DNA of 64,000 bases from NCBI RefSeq assembly GCF_006345805.1, contig NC_043004.1:93372001-93436000 (forward strand), read 5' to 3'. Below are positions 51,465 through 64,000 of this stretch, piece by piece. Under the pieces are notes generated by a model. The model saw nothing but the letters and a program-made list of their open reading frames with translations. It ran no database searches and was not told the origin of the DNA. Each line of letters opens with the position of its first letter. The stretch's first letter is position 1. The translations under genes were made by a program, and so were the position numbers. Origin of the DNA: Octopus sinensis (lineage: Eukaryota).

Positions 51465-51865
51465 CTTTACTCTTTTACTTGTTTCAGTCATTTCACTGCG
51501 GCCATGCTGGAGCACTGCCTTTAGTCGAGCAATTCGACCCCGGGACTTATTCTTTGTAAGCCCAGTACTTATTCTATCGGTCTCTATTGCCGAACCGCTA
51601 AGTGACGAGGGCGTAAACACACCAGCATCGGTTGTCAAGCAATGCTAGGGGGACAAACACACACACATACACATATATACATATATATATATACATATAT
51701 ACGACAGGCTTCTTTCAGTTTCCGTCTACCAAATCCACTCACAAGGCATTGGTCGGCCCGAGGCTATAGCAGAAGACACTTGCCCAAGATGCCACGCAGT
51801 GGGACTGAACCTGGAACCATGTGGTTGGTTAGCAAGCTACTTACCACACAGCCACTCCTGCGCCT
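51465..51865 (-). mobile_element. SINE family A
   Basis: Full length, reverse orientation. Confidence 0.88.
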
Positions 51866-52168
51866 GAAAAATATATGTGTATGTGTATAAATAATGTTAC
51901 CTCTCTACCTTAAATTAACTACTTTCCTTAATAAGATGAGAATGTGGCCTCCAAGCAGGTATAAATATAAAACAGAGAAGACTTCTCACAGATAAGCCAA
52001 TGGCTAAACATACCTGGGGAAGAGACAGGCACCTACAGATTTGTGTATTATTGAAACATATTGATGTGTAGCTTTGGTCCTTTTGTTAGGCTGTGAGCTT
52101 TGGGCTGTATTTGAAACATTAATTGGTTTAAAGACTTTGTAGTTGTGCAATTTGTCAAGCACGAGCAA

Positions 52169-52203
<35 letters not shown>

Positions 52204-52210
52204 ACACATA

Positions 52211-52430
52211 CGAGGGGGTACTGAAAAGTTCCTGGCATCGAGTAAAAGAAAATACATGAGGATCAGTTAATTATGATTTTATTCAACATATTCCCCTTCT
52301 CAGATTCACACACTTATTTGCAGCGGTCCTTCAGATTTTCTAAGCCCTGTTAAGAAGTCGGAAGGTTGGGCCCCCAACCAGGCCTTTCGCGACATCCATG
52401 AAAACAGGAACTTTTCAACACCCAACCCCG
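52211..52430. mobile_element. Mariner-type MITE
   Basis: TA|CGAGGGGGTACTGAAAAGTTCCTG ... CAGGAACTTTTCAACACCCAACCCCG|TA. Confidence 0.72.
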
Positions 52431-52641
52431 TACATATGATATATACATACAATACGATACATACATACATACCCAATATGCACACTGATACGTACATGCA
52501 TACATGATATTATTGCTTGTGCCGACAAAATAAAAATATGCTTTGTTGTGGACTTCCTTTGCCCATTTAAATAATCTAAATAACAGTAATGAAAGTGAAC
52601 TGTCCTTAAACAATTCCAGTACCGGACACTATCCCCCCAGT

Positions 52642-52820
52642 TGTAATTGTAGGATTAGATCAAAATGTCCGGTATCTGGTCGTTGTTCGGTCCAAAATGT
52701 GATTTATAAATGCACAATAATAACTTCTAACAATAGCTTTCTTTATTTCGGTTGTTCGGTAGATTTTAAAAGACGTCTTAACAATCATTTTTCCTCTTTT
52801 AGGCTCAAACATAAGAAAAT
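52642..52820 (+). pseudogene. GIY-YIG endonuclease fragment of a Penelope-like element
   Basis: CNCR..KCPVSGRC..NVIYKC...LYFG...FKRRLNNHFSSF. Confidence 0.72.
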
Positions 52821-53164
52821 ATGTAAGAAAGAAGATATATAAAGATAATTGCTGAGAATCCAGCAAATCTAGTACCCAAAATACTTCCTATTTTCTATCT
52901 ATTATTGCTGGAACTACAGGATATGCACCAACCTAGGTGGATGAAATTAAGACTAAACTTGGTATGCGTTTATGATGATGACAATAGACGGTGAAATAAG
53001 AATCTGTACAGTTTTCTTAGAACTTATAGAGTAAGATTTTTGCGGAAATTATGATAGAGGGAAAAAAATAAGATTTCTTCACTTTTTATAGCTTCTCTTG
53101 ACAATGTTGGCACTGAGCATATGACGACCAAAACAAACATTAAAAATATCCAATCAGGAAGAGA

Positions 53165-53357
53165 AAACATACATACATACACATACATTCACACATATAT
53201 ACATATGCATACATACATAGACATACATACATACATACATACATACATACATACATACATACATACATACATACATACATACATACATACATACATACAC
53301 ATACGTTCATACATACATACATGCATGCGTGCATACATACATGCATACATACATACA

Positions 53358-53390
<33 letters not shown>

Positions 53391-53519
53391 GTCTGTGTGC
53401 GTTAACAGCAAAAAGACAGGAAGATAGAAAGATACCTACATACTCACACATATATACACATACATACATACATACATACATACATACATACATACATACA
53501 TAGGTAGATATGTAAGTTG

Positions 53520-53596
<77 letters not shown>

Positions 53597-53714
53597 GATA
53601 GATTAGTAGATAGATTAGTAGAAAGGTGGGTAGGTGGGTAGGTAGATAAGTATGTAGGTAATTAGGTATGTAGATAGTTAGGTAGGTAGGTAGGTAGGTA
53701 GGTAGGTAGGTAGG

Positions 53715-53807
<93 letters not shown>

Positions 53808-53810
53808 CTA
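53165..53810. repeat. (CATA)n, (GATA)n and (GGTA)n microsatellite cluster
   Basis: Direct reading. Confidence 0.93.
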
Positions 53811-54189
53811 ACGAATTGAATAAACAAATAAATGACAATTTTTCTGCCACAACTCCGTAAAACCCAAGATTTATGGGGAAATGGAAATCTGATAAACAAC
53901 TAACAAATACAATTCTCTCCTGTCTGTGTGCGCGCGTGTTTGTGTGTGTCTCCTTTCTCTTTCTCCCTCTCCATTCCTTTCTATATTCCTCTCTCTCTCT
54001 CTCTCACTTTCTCACATACACATATATGCACCCCTCTCTTCACATCTCACTTATTTTGACATCCTAAACTATCCAAGATACGACGCCGCAAACACATCAA
54101 TGTTTGGCAACTGGTCTCTATACATCAAAGTGTTGGCATCACAGAAAAAAATCGGTGTTGTATGTTGTATTTTAGATTCATTTACATAG

Positions 54190-54367
54190 GGCGTAGGAGT
54201 GGCTGTGTGGTAAGTAGCTTGCTTACCAACCACATGGTTCCGGGTTCAGTCCCACTGCGTGACACCTTGGGCAATTGTCTTCTACTATAGCCTCGGGCCG
54301 ACCAAAGCCTTGTGAATGGATTTGGTAGACGGAAACTGAAAGAAATCCCGTCGTATATATGTATGTA

Positions 54368-54436
<69 letters not shown>

Positions 54437-54655
54437 CGTGTGTGTGTGTGTGTGTATGTTTGTGTATCTGTGTTTGTCCCTCCAACATCGCTTGACAACT
54501 GATGCTGGTGTGTTTACGTCCCCGTAACTTAGCGGTTCGGCAAAATAGAATAAGAACTAGACTTACAAAGAATAAGTCCTGGGGGTCGATTTGTTCGACT
54601 AAAGGCGGTGCTCCAGCATGGCCACAGTCAAATGACTGAAACAAGTAAAAGAGTA
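54190..54655 (+). mobile_element. SINE family A, followed by a 5' fragment at ~54665-54785
   Basis: Matches 5415-5823. Confidence 0.88.
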
Positions 54656-55072
54656 TACAGTATATAGGCGCAAACGTGGCTATGTGATAAGAAGTTTGCT
54701 TTCCAGCCACATGGTTTTGGTTTCAGTCACACTGCGTGGCATCTTTGGCAAGTGTCTTCTACTATTGCTCTTGGCTGATCAAAGCCAGAGAGAGAGAGAA
54801 ATTTATTTGCCAACGTAAAGTGGCAGTCCGGATTAGGACGACGTTACTATCTTTTTTTTCCAGCTGGCTACCGACACACAACTGCGTCCTTATAACTCGA
54901 ACAAGGGAGCTAATGTCCCCGTTCAGGCTTAAACGGTACCTGCAGACCATGGTTTATGAGTTATTTCCCTTCACCGGCACAGGATGACCGTTGGCTAGAG
55001 ATGGTAACATTAGGCCTTGTTCGAGGTATATACTTTTAAAGTGACACACAGTCACTGATATCGCAAAGAGTG

Positions 55073-55339
55073 AAACAATTAGTTTTGAATCATGAGCGAG
55101 ACGTAAGTAGAAATAGAACTACACAGTAAAATCTATTTACCAACGTAAAGTTGCAGTCCTGATTAGGACGATGTTACTGCCTTTCTTTCAGCCCCTGGAA
55201 AAGATATTTTCCTGGGGTTAAAAAAAATGGTAGTAACCTCGTCCTAATCAGGACTGCCACTTTATGTTGGTAAATAGATTTTACTTTGTGGTACTGTTAC
55301 TACTTATTTCTGGCTCAGAGATTTAAGACTAATTGTTTT
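55073..55339. repeat. Imperfect foldback with ~130-bp arms
   Basis: Centre GGAAAA-GATA-TTTTCC; partial third copy at ~54803-54860. Confidence 0.82.
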
Positions 55340-55344
55340 CCTAC

Positions 55345-55545
55345 GCCGGGCGAAATACCTGGTGGTATTTCGTCTGCCGTTACGTTCTGAGTTCAAATTC
55401 CGCCGAGGTCGACTTTACCTGTTATCCTTTCGGGGTCGATTAAATAAGTACCAGTTAATCACTGAGGTCGATGTAATCGACTTAATCCCCTTGTCTGTCC
55501 TTGTTTGTCCCCGCTATGTTTAGCCCCCTGTGGGCAATAAAGAAT
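55345..55545 (+). mobile_element. SINE family D
   Basis: GAGTTCAAATTCCGCCGAGGTCGAC...CGGGGTCGATTAAATAAGTACCAG. Confidence 0.8.
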
Positions 55546-55879
55546 AAATATATATATGTGTGTGTGTGTGTGTCTGAGTATATATACATATATATATATA
55601 CGTTTTCGTGTATGTAATGTATATATGTATGTGTGTTTATTGACGTATGATGATTGAGAAACAATGTATAGATCAATACAAACAAGTAGTCACGCATGCG
55701 CAGTGTTCACGGTTCATTGAATCCTGGATGATATGCAAGTCCAAGATAAGGAACAAGTGTGCTGGAGCTTGCTGCTCAAATGATTTATCTCTTCCTTTCC
55801 TTCATTCATTTCCACAACCTTACACACCAACAGTCACTCTCTTTCTCTTTTTAATTCTATGTCTATCTATCTATCTATC

Positions 55880-56215
55880 TCTCCCCCTTTTTTCCTCTTT
55901 TTTCTTCTATTTTCATTTTTCTTTTCTTTTTTTTCTTTTCCTTTTTTTTTTCTTTTCCTTTTTTTTCTTTTTTTCCTTTTTTTTTTTTTTTTTTCCTTTT
56001 TTTTTTCTTTTTTTTTTCCTTTTTTTTTTCTTTTTTTTTTTTTTCCTTTTTTTTTTCTTTTTTTTCTTTTCCTTTTTTTTTCTTTTTTTTCTTCTTTTTT
56101 TCTTTTCCTTTTTTTTTCTTTTTTTCCTTTTTTTTGTTCTTTTTTCCCTTTTACGATCCCTTTTGATCGAAAACCTACGCCACCTTTTTTTTTCTTTTTT
56201 TTTTTTCTCCCCCAA
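55880..56215. repeat. Poly-T tract interspersed with C
   Basis: Direct reading. Confidence 0.92.
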
Positions 56216-56925
56216 AAGAAAAGCTCTACCTTGAAACTTGTCCCATCTGTGTGCAGGCCTGTGTGGCCAATAAAGAAACTTATCTACATATCTGTCTGTT
56301 TGTTTTTGTTCCCTTGTTGTCTCTTTCTCCCTTTATTCATTGTTTCTTATTCACTTGTTTGTCACACTGCATTCATTTCACACTACGAGTGCGTGAATGC
56401 CAATGTGCCTCCGTACAATTTGTTTCTCTAATCATCTGTCTATTTATGAATATATTTATCTGTCTGTCTACTGAATTACCTATCTGGTTACCTATTTATA
56501 TCAATCTATTTGAGTAACTAATTATCTCTGTCAATATAATTATATCCGTCTACATATTACCTTTCAATCAATTCACTAATCTTTGAAACAAATATGCTCT
56601 CCCTACCTACCTACCTACCTACCTACCTACCTACCTACCTACCTACCTACCTACCTACCTACCTACCTACTTACCTCCCTTCCTACCTAACTACCTACCT
56701 ATTTACCTACCTACTGATAGATAGATAGATAGATAGATAGATAGGGCGGGGTGGTGGGGGTGTTACTGATGCATTTAGCCCCAGGCGATCATCGACGTCA
56801 CCAGAAGGACCGACACCATCACGGTGTCCTTGCTAGCCTGTAAAGGGAGATCAGCCTCCCCGAAGATACGGAAACTACATACGAGGTAATTGCCTCTTAT
56901 CAACGTATGGTAAGCACCGTTCTTC

Positions 56926-56984
<59 letters not shown>

Positions 56985-57261
56985 TTTTGACATTAATTCT
57001 GCTGATTGTCTATAGAAATTAGAGCCAGCACTCAAAGTTACGATGGTTCGTGTACCAATACGTCTATGTAAACAATGCAATCAGCACTAGCTCTAATTTC
57101 TATAGAGAATCTGTTGAGATAACTTAAGAAAGCGATTGACTCGCACTGCTAACACAGGGAGGACGCAGTATTGATTTATAAGCCTTTAATATACTTGGTA
57201 GTATATTGTGGTTAACAAAATACTGTGGCCCTATCAGCAATTAATATATGGATAGATAGAT

Positions 57262-57354
<93 letters not shown>

Positions 57355-57492
57355 GTGTGTATATATATATAAGCGTGCAAATGTATAATCTTACTCTATC
57401 GATTTTATTCGAATCCTATCATTTCCTATCTATTTGTGTTCCTGCTAATCTATCAAAGTACCATTCTGTCTGTCTATCTATCTCTGTCTGTC

Positions 57493-57537
<45 letters not shown>

Positions 57538-57925
57538 GTCCTGTTGTTTACATTTGCATTAATATACCATTGCTCCGTTTTTTTCGTCCTTCTTTTCGTA
57601 TACATTCGCTGCTTTCTTTCAAGGAATCTAGTGTTCTTAGCTTAGATTTCCCTTGGGGCTGGCCAGATTGGAGCAGTCTCGAGTATAACCAGCCGAAATT
57701 GCAAAGATAATCTGGAACTCGACTGACGAATGAAAACTCCGAATGACCCGTCCTTGTTTTTTCATGTCGCTTTTTGTATCACCCAACTGTCTGGATGTTC
57801 TTTTGTCACGTGTTCTGTTCTTGTCCCATTTTTTGTATTCTTTTTTATACTTATATATATAGCGGCGTATGTGGACTTTGGTCTCTTATATGTAAGTACA
57901 TGTGTGTATATATATATATATTATA

Positions 57926-57980
<55 letters not shown>

Positions 57981-57987
<7 letters not shown>

Positions 57988-58492
57988 TGAGGGTGAAAAA
58001 TTAAAATTAAAATGAAGGTGAAACGTATTAATTATTTTAATTATTTTTTGCAATATTATTTCCGCGCCAAAACGAAGACTTTTGAAAAATTAACCACGAA
58101 GTGTAATAGGTAAAGCTACATGCATTTTCGACCTCGTGTTGATGTCTAGCGTGTAGTTCTGCAAATTATATTTGTACAGACGATCATACTGAAGATCTAC
58201 AGATAAATTATGTAAGTAAAATTACGTAATCTGTCGATAGTGAAACATTTGTTTATGATTAATCTATATTTTTGTTACTTTTCATTTATCTTGCTCGCTT
58301 ACGTTTCTGGTGTTTGCTAAATTTTCTAGAGAACAATTCTTAGTGGTTAAGACCATAGCGGATCTTCTTCTAGCATAAGGGTTTCCACATACTATTACAA
58401 CTCCCTCTTATATATATATAATCTATATACATACATACATACATACATATATACACATATATATACATACATACACATATATATACATACAT

Positions 58493-58557
<65 letters not shown>

Positions 58558-59000
58558 TGAGGGTGAAAAATTAAAATTAAAATGAAGGTGAAACGTATTA
58601 ATTATTTTAATTATTTTTTGCAATATATTTCCGCGCCAAAACGAAGACTTTTGAAAAATTAACCACGAAGTGTAATAGGTAAAGCTACATGCATTTTCGA
58701 CCTCGTGTTGATGTCTAGCGTGTAGTTCTGCAAATTATATTTGTACAGACGATCATACTGAAGATCTACAGATAAATTATGTAAGTAAAATTACGTAATC
58801 TGTCGATAGTGAAACATTTGTTTATGATTAATCTATATTTTTGTTACTTTTCATTTATCTTGCTCGCTTACGTTTCTGGTGTTTGCTAAATTTTCTAGAG
58901 AACAATTCTTAGTGGTTAAGACCATAGCGGATCTTCTTCTAGCATAAGGGTTTCCACATACTATTACAACTCCCTCTTATATGTATATAATCTATATACA
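57981..59000. repeat. Near-identical tandem duplication, period 570 (57981-58430, 58551-59000)
   Basis: One 1-nt indel and one substitution seen outside the microsatellites. Confidence 0.9.
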
Positions 59001-59005
59001 TACAT

Positions 59006-59056
<51 letters not shown>

Positions 59057-59070
59057 CTATATACATACAT

Positions 59071-59104
<34 letters not shown>

Positions 59105-59689
59105 CCATCCACGCACACCCACCAATCTATCTTGCCACCTATCTACCGAATATTGCTCTTTATATATAATATTTTCGTCTACCTATGTACCCAAATATCT
59201 CCGTGCCTTTCTACCTATCTACTGTTAACTGTCTGTCTATCGACGATCGATCGATATAAGGAACTATCTTTTTAGCCAGTTCTACCAAACTACAAATCTA
59301 TCTGGCTGTCTATGTGTAACTACTTCACGACCTCTCGGCCAGTCTGCTTACATTCATTCTATCTTCAACCTATCTGCTGTCTGATCACTCTCTTCGTATC
59401 CTGACAGCTAAATTTGTCAGAAGACATGGACATAAACCGTTATAGTACGAACAGCTGCCTTACAGCGTCAGCTCAGGATTGTCCTTCCATTTCTTCACCA
59501 CCCTCTCTGCCGGCAATACTGAATCTCGTCAACAGTTTTAGTCGGCTGTCTGTATAAATTTCCCAGCTTCTTGGTTTCTAAGTGTTGACTGGCTGCTTGG
59601 TTTTGGTTTACACACTACAGCGTTTTCACAAGCATGCTACCTCCTCCTCCTCTTCCTCCTGGACACCTCTCGCAGAAAATTCTGGAATT

Positions 59690-60590
59690 ATGTTGGGAAG
59701 GATAGAAGCAGATGTGAAAGAAGGAAAAATAGAAGGAAAGAGAAAGGAGAAGAAAGGAGAAGAAAGGAGAAAGTGAAGAAGGAAAGAAGGCGGAAGGAAG
59801 GGAAGTGGAAGACGGGTTTAGAAAAATACAGAAGAGAAGCAGAAATGAACAAGGAATGAGAGAAAAACGAAAAGAATTGTAAGAAAAGGAAAGAATAAAG
59901 AACAGATTCTGTAGAACAATCAGAAATGATTGATGAATGAAGAGAAAAATGAAAGAGTAAACAAGAGAAAGAAAAGAGAAACCGAGATAGGGTGAAAGAA
60001 AGGAAGAACGAAAGAAGGAAGGAACGAAGGAACGAAGGAACGAAGGAAGGAAGGAAGGAAGGAGGGAAGGAAGGAGGGAAGGAAGGAAGAGAGGAAGGAA
60101 GGAAGGAAGGAAGGAAGGAAGAAAGGAAGGAGGGAAGGAAGGAAGGAGGGAAGGAAGAAAGGAAGGGAGGGAGGGAGGAAGGAAGGAAGGAAGAACGAAA
60201 GAAGAAATAAATAGGAAGGAAGGAAGGTAGGAAGGAAGGAAGGAGGGAAGGAAGGAGGGAAGGAGGGAAGGAAGGAGGGAGGGAAGGTAGGAAGGTAGGA
60301 AGGAGGGAGGGAAGGAAGGAGGGAAGGAAGGAAGGGAGGGAGGAAGGGAGGAAGGAAGGAAGGAAGGAGGGAAGGAGGGAAGGAAGAAAGGAAGGAAGGA
60401 GGGAAGGAAGGAAGGAAGGAAGGAAGGAGGGAAGGAAGGAAGGAAGGAAGGAAGGAAGGAAGGAAGGAGGGAAGGAAGGAAGGAGGGAGGGAAGGAAGGA
60501 GGAAGGAAGGAGGGAAGGAAGGAAGGAAGGAAGGAAGGAAGGAAGGAAGGAAGGAAGGAAGAAGGAAAGGGATGAATGAAGGGGAGAAGG
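59690..60590. repeat. Purine-rich tract ending in degenerate (GGAA)n
   Basis: Direct reading. Confidence 0.92.
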
Positions 60591-61145
60591 AAAAACAAAC
60601 ATTGTTCAACAGCTGGAGATTTAGTAAACCAGTTGTTAACGTCAATCTTAGTCTGTCGAACTGAAATGGTGCGATCCGGTTTCGATTCTCGATTGTGAAT
60701 ATTATGATTTCACTAACGAATTGCTTGTGTTGTATTGAGACACGTATATTTCTTTTATCTTTTACTCGTATATCACTCATTAGATTGCGGCCCATGCTGG
60801 ATCATCGCCTTGAAGGCTCTTAGTCGAACCAATTTTCTTAAGTCGGGCATTTATTCTATCGGGTCGGGTCCTCGTGTCGAACCGTTAAGTCACGGGGACG
60901 TAAACAAACCAACAACGGTTATCAAGCGATGATAGTGAATGAACACAAACACAAACAAAAACAGATACACACACACACATATTTGTTTATTGTTTATATA
61001 TGCATGCATGTATGTATGTATGTCTGTCTGTATGTATGTATGTATTTATGTATGTATGCATGCATGCATGTATGTATGTATGTATGTATGTATTATGTAT
61101 GTATGTATGCATGCATGCATGTATGTATGTATGTATGTATGTATA

Positions 61146-62030
61146 TTCGGTCATCTCATAAATAATACGGTTTTTTCTACTGCATCAACTAAAAGTCGAA
61201 GGGGGACGGAATAAACTACATGCATCAGTAATTTCACCTTGTACAAGTTTTGAAGCGAGCAAGTTCCATTTTAACAGCTATTTTTTCAAAGCTAAAATGG
61301 AAGTGACAAAGGAGCATATTCGGCATATTTTGTTTTATGAGTTCAATAAAGGCAACAACGCAACGGAAAGTGCGAGGAATATTTATGCAGTAAATAGGGA
61401 TCGGACAATATACGTAAGCCAATGTCAACGGTGGTTCTAGAAATTCCGAGCCGGAAACTGCAGCCTAGAAGATGAGCCACGTCCTGGAAGCTCTGTAGAG
61501 CTTGACGAGGACGTCGAGTAAACCCTGATGGAGCAAAATCCCATTGTAACTGTTGAGGAACTATTAGAGAAGCTTGGAATTGGTCATTCAACCAGTCATT
61601 CAAGTCAGTGCTAGAAGAAAAACGACTGCCTTTGGTTCCAAGACGAAAGGTGTTCTTCCACCAGGATAACGCTCGGCCACATACAGCAAGGATGACATTC
61701 CAAAGTCTGGAGCAGTTTGAAAAGGAAACGATGCTCCACCCGCCATATTCACCGGAAATTCCCCCATCTGATTATCATTTATTCCTCAAGTTTTAAAATC
61801 ATTTGGACGGAAAAAAATATGAACTCGTAGTCGATGTCAGAACAGTACTGGAAGAATATTTTTCGTCACGGTAAGTGAATTTTGGAAGAGGAGCCTTGCA
61901 AGTCTACGAAATAGAAGTAAGGGCATTGTAGAAAATGGAGAGTATATTTTAGATAAGAACTTTGTTTATCTTAATTTTGAAAAATAAAAGAAGTATTTAA
62001 AAAAACCGCATTATTTATAGAATGACCCGA
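61146..62030 (+). mobile_element. Internally deleted mariner (DD34D) with imperfect TIRs
   Basis: MEVTKEHIRHILFYEF..RWF*KF..LEDEPRPG, deletion, then HQDNARPH..HPPYSPEIPPSDYHLF (34 residues); TIR GGTCAT...ATAAATAAT.CGGTTTTT; TA flanks. Confidence 0.9.
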
Positions 62031-62321
62031 TATATATATTTATGTGTGTGTGTATGTGTGTGTGTGTGTGTGTGTGTATGTATATACACGCACGACGGGG
62101 CTTCTTTCAGTTTCCGTCTACCAAATCTATTCAAAAGGCCCGGGACTATTGTAGAAAACACTTATCTAGGAGCCATATTATTGGGAAACAAACTTCTTAT
62201 CATGCAGCCACGCAAATACTTAAATGCATACATGTACGCACGCACACACACACACATGTAGTTATATATATTCATACACATACATATATGTGTTTATATG
62301 TATATATATGTATAGTTATAA

Positions 62322-62679
62322 TGAGGATTCCGGTTGATCCGAATCAACGGAACAGCCTGCTCGTGAAATTAACGTGCAAGTGGCTGAGTACTCCACAGAC
62401 ACGTGTACCCTTAACGTAGTTCTCGGGGATATTCAGCGTGACACAGAGAGTGACAAGGCCGGCCCTTTGAAATACAGGTACAACAGAAACAGGAAGTAAG
62501 AGTGAGAGAAAGTTGTGGTGAAAGAGTACAGCAGGGATCACCACCATCCCCTGCCGGAGCTAGTGGAAGTTTTAGGTGTTTTCGCTCAATAAACACTCAC
62601 AACGCCCGATCTGGGAATCGAAACCGGGATCCTATGACCGCGAGTCCGCTGCCCTAACCACTGGGCCATTGCGCCTCCT
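62322..62679 (-). mobile_element. SINE family B, tail variant 3
   Basis: Near-identical to 44355-44742. Confidence 0.87.
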
Positions 62680-63472
62680 ATGTATAGTTATATACTTGTA
62701 TGTGAGTGTGTATGTGCGTGCGTGAGTGCGCGCGTCTTCTCTAAATCCATTTATGTATCCTTAGGTTTCAGGACGCACCGGAGGCGACAAAAGTCATTGA
62801 AATTTCAAGCACTTCGTCTGGTTCCGTACATTACGTTTCAAGAATAGTTTTGCCGATTCATGGTCCCCCGTCCAACATTTACACAACACTCCCGGTGTGT
62901 GCGTGTGCGTGTGTGTATGTGTGTGTGTGTAAAATTTGCTTACTTTCCAGCTTTCGAACCTGGCCAGCTCTATCTTCCTATCTCTCTACCAACCAATCTA
63001 TCTATCAAACACTTCAGCCTATTTATTGTTTATCAAGGGCTGCATCCAAACAAGTGGCACTCGATTGCTTGGCATTAAATCACAAACACTGCGTCTCCTC
63101 CCGCAACCTTTTCTAATGCTAACATGATGGCCTCCGGTCCTCGAAGAACGGCGTTTGAATTCGCCAGGCAACAACTTGAGCCACTTCCCTCTTGATGAAG
63201 TCATCTTACATCACTGACCCGATCGATCCCAATCGCAAGCATAGGGAAAACGTCTCAATTATACTCCAGGCATTTCCTCGTCCGCAAGCATTATTCGTTC
63301 TTCTAGTTTTCTGCGACCCCTCTCTCTACCATTTTCTCCACCATCAGACATGCCATAGCAGTTACAAATGCTTCCTCGACCTTTTCAATGCATACACCAA
63401 GTTATACATATGTACACCTATAAGGATGTATGTCTGCACATGTGTGTATATGTTTGTATATGCGTTCATATA

Positions 63473-63750
63473 TAGCTGGGAAGCGCAAGGCCACCCTGCC
63501 TGGCGAAGCTGCACCAACAAAGGTGCGACCTCCTACGAACAGAACAGGATTGTAGGGGTTCAAAGAAAACGCGAACTACGCGAGTCCAAAACCAGCTCCT
63601 TGCTTTCAGTCCCAACAGGCCACCAGTGTCCGACCTGCGGCAGAGTCTTCCGAACATACATTGGACAGGACTCACCGTGCTCCGTCTTTTTTTTTTTTTT
63701 TCATGTGATGTCCTTTGGTCATCGTCGACAGCGACGGCCGAGCTAATACA
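63473..63750 (+). mobile_element. 3' end of a second RTE-like LINE family
   Basis: WEAQ..AWRS...GATSYEQNRI...HQCPTCGRVFRTYIG; tail TGGTCATCGTCGACAGCGACGG. Confidence 0.75.
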
Positions 63751-63774
63751 TATAGATATATATAACCTTTTATT

Positions 63775-63975
63775 CTTTTACTCTTTACTTGCTTCAGTCA
63801 TTTGACTGCAGCCATGCTGAATCACCGCCTTTTAGTCGAAGAAATCGACCTCAAGACTTCTTTGTAAGCCTAGTACTTATTCTATCGGTCTCTTTTGCCG
63901 AAACGCTATTACGGAGACGTAAACACTAATATCTGTTGTCATGATGGTGGGGAGACAAGCACAAACACACACATA
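63775..63975 (-). mobile_element. SINE family A 3' half
   Basis: Reverse complement of the family A tail. Confidence 0.8.
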
Positions 63976-64000
63976 AATATGTACACACACACACACACAC

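Noticed and set aside
57655-57755. GGCUGG/CCAGCC-GAAA and a later CUGACGA as a hammerhead
   Set aside because: No core precedes the first stem and no GAAA or stem I follows the second; at most a decayed relic.
62770-63116. Open frame after a possible acceptor (DAPEATKV...)
   Set aside because: Runs through a (TG)n microsatellite; no recognisable homology.

Overview
AT-rich, repeat-saturated eukaryotic DNA with no confidently identifiable host gene. The SINE repertoire and microsatellite load suggest a coleoid cephalopod (octopus-like) genome; this is inference from recalled repeat families. Retroelements: (i) R4-clade Dong-like LINEs, including one full-length but disrupted copy at 6599-10552 sitting inside (TAA)n; (ii) RTE/BovB-like and CR1-group LINE fragments; (iii) at least four tRNA-derived SINE families; (iv) Penelope-like element (PLE) remnants. 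DNA elements: DD34D mariners, Tc2-like, hAT and mariner MITEs, and two non-autonomous Helitrons. There are also several long foldbacks and tandem duplications. Nearly all ORFs in the supplied track are microsatellite artefacts. The most interesting signal is a set of minimal type-I hammerhead ribozyme (HHR) motifs in three repeat families. They share one architecture: core, extra A, stem II, GAAA, palindromic ACGU, short stem I. One family forms a composite at 19184-19676: a Pol III tRNA-like head, a microsatellite, an HHR-bearing tail, and an abutting inverted copy of that tail. The same tail is joined to a PLE ORF fragment at 11645-12300. This suggests a Penelope-mobilised, ribozyme-carrying SINE. 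All folds and alignments were done by eye and element boundaries are approximate.
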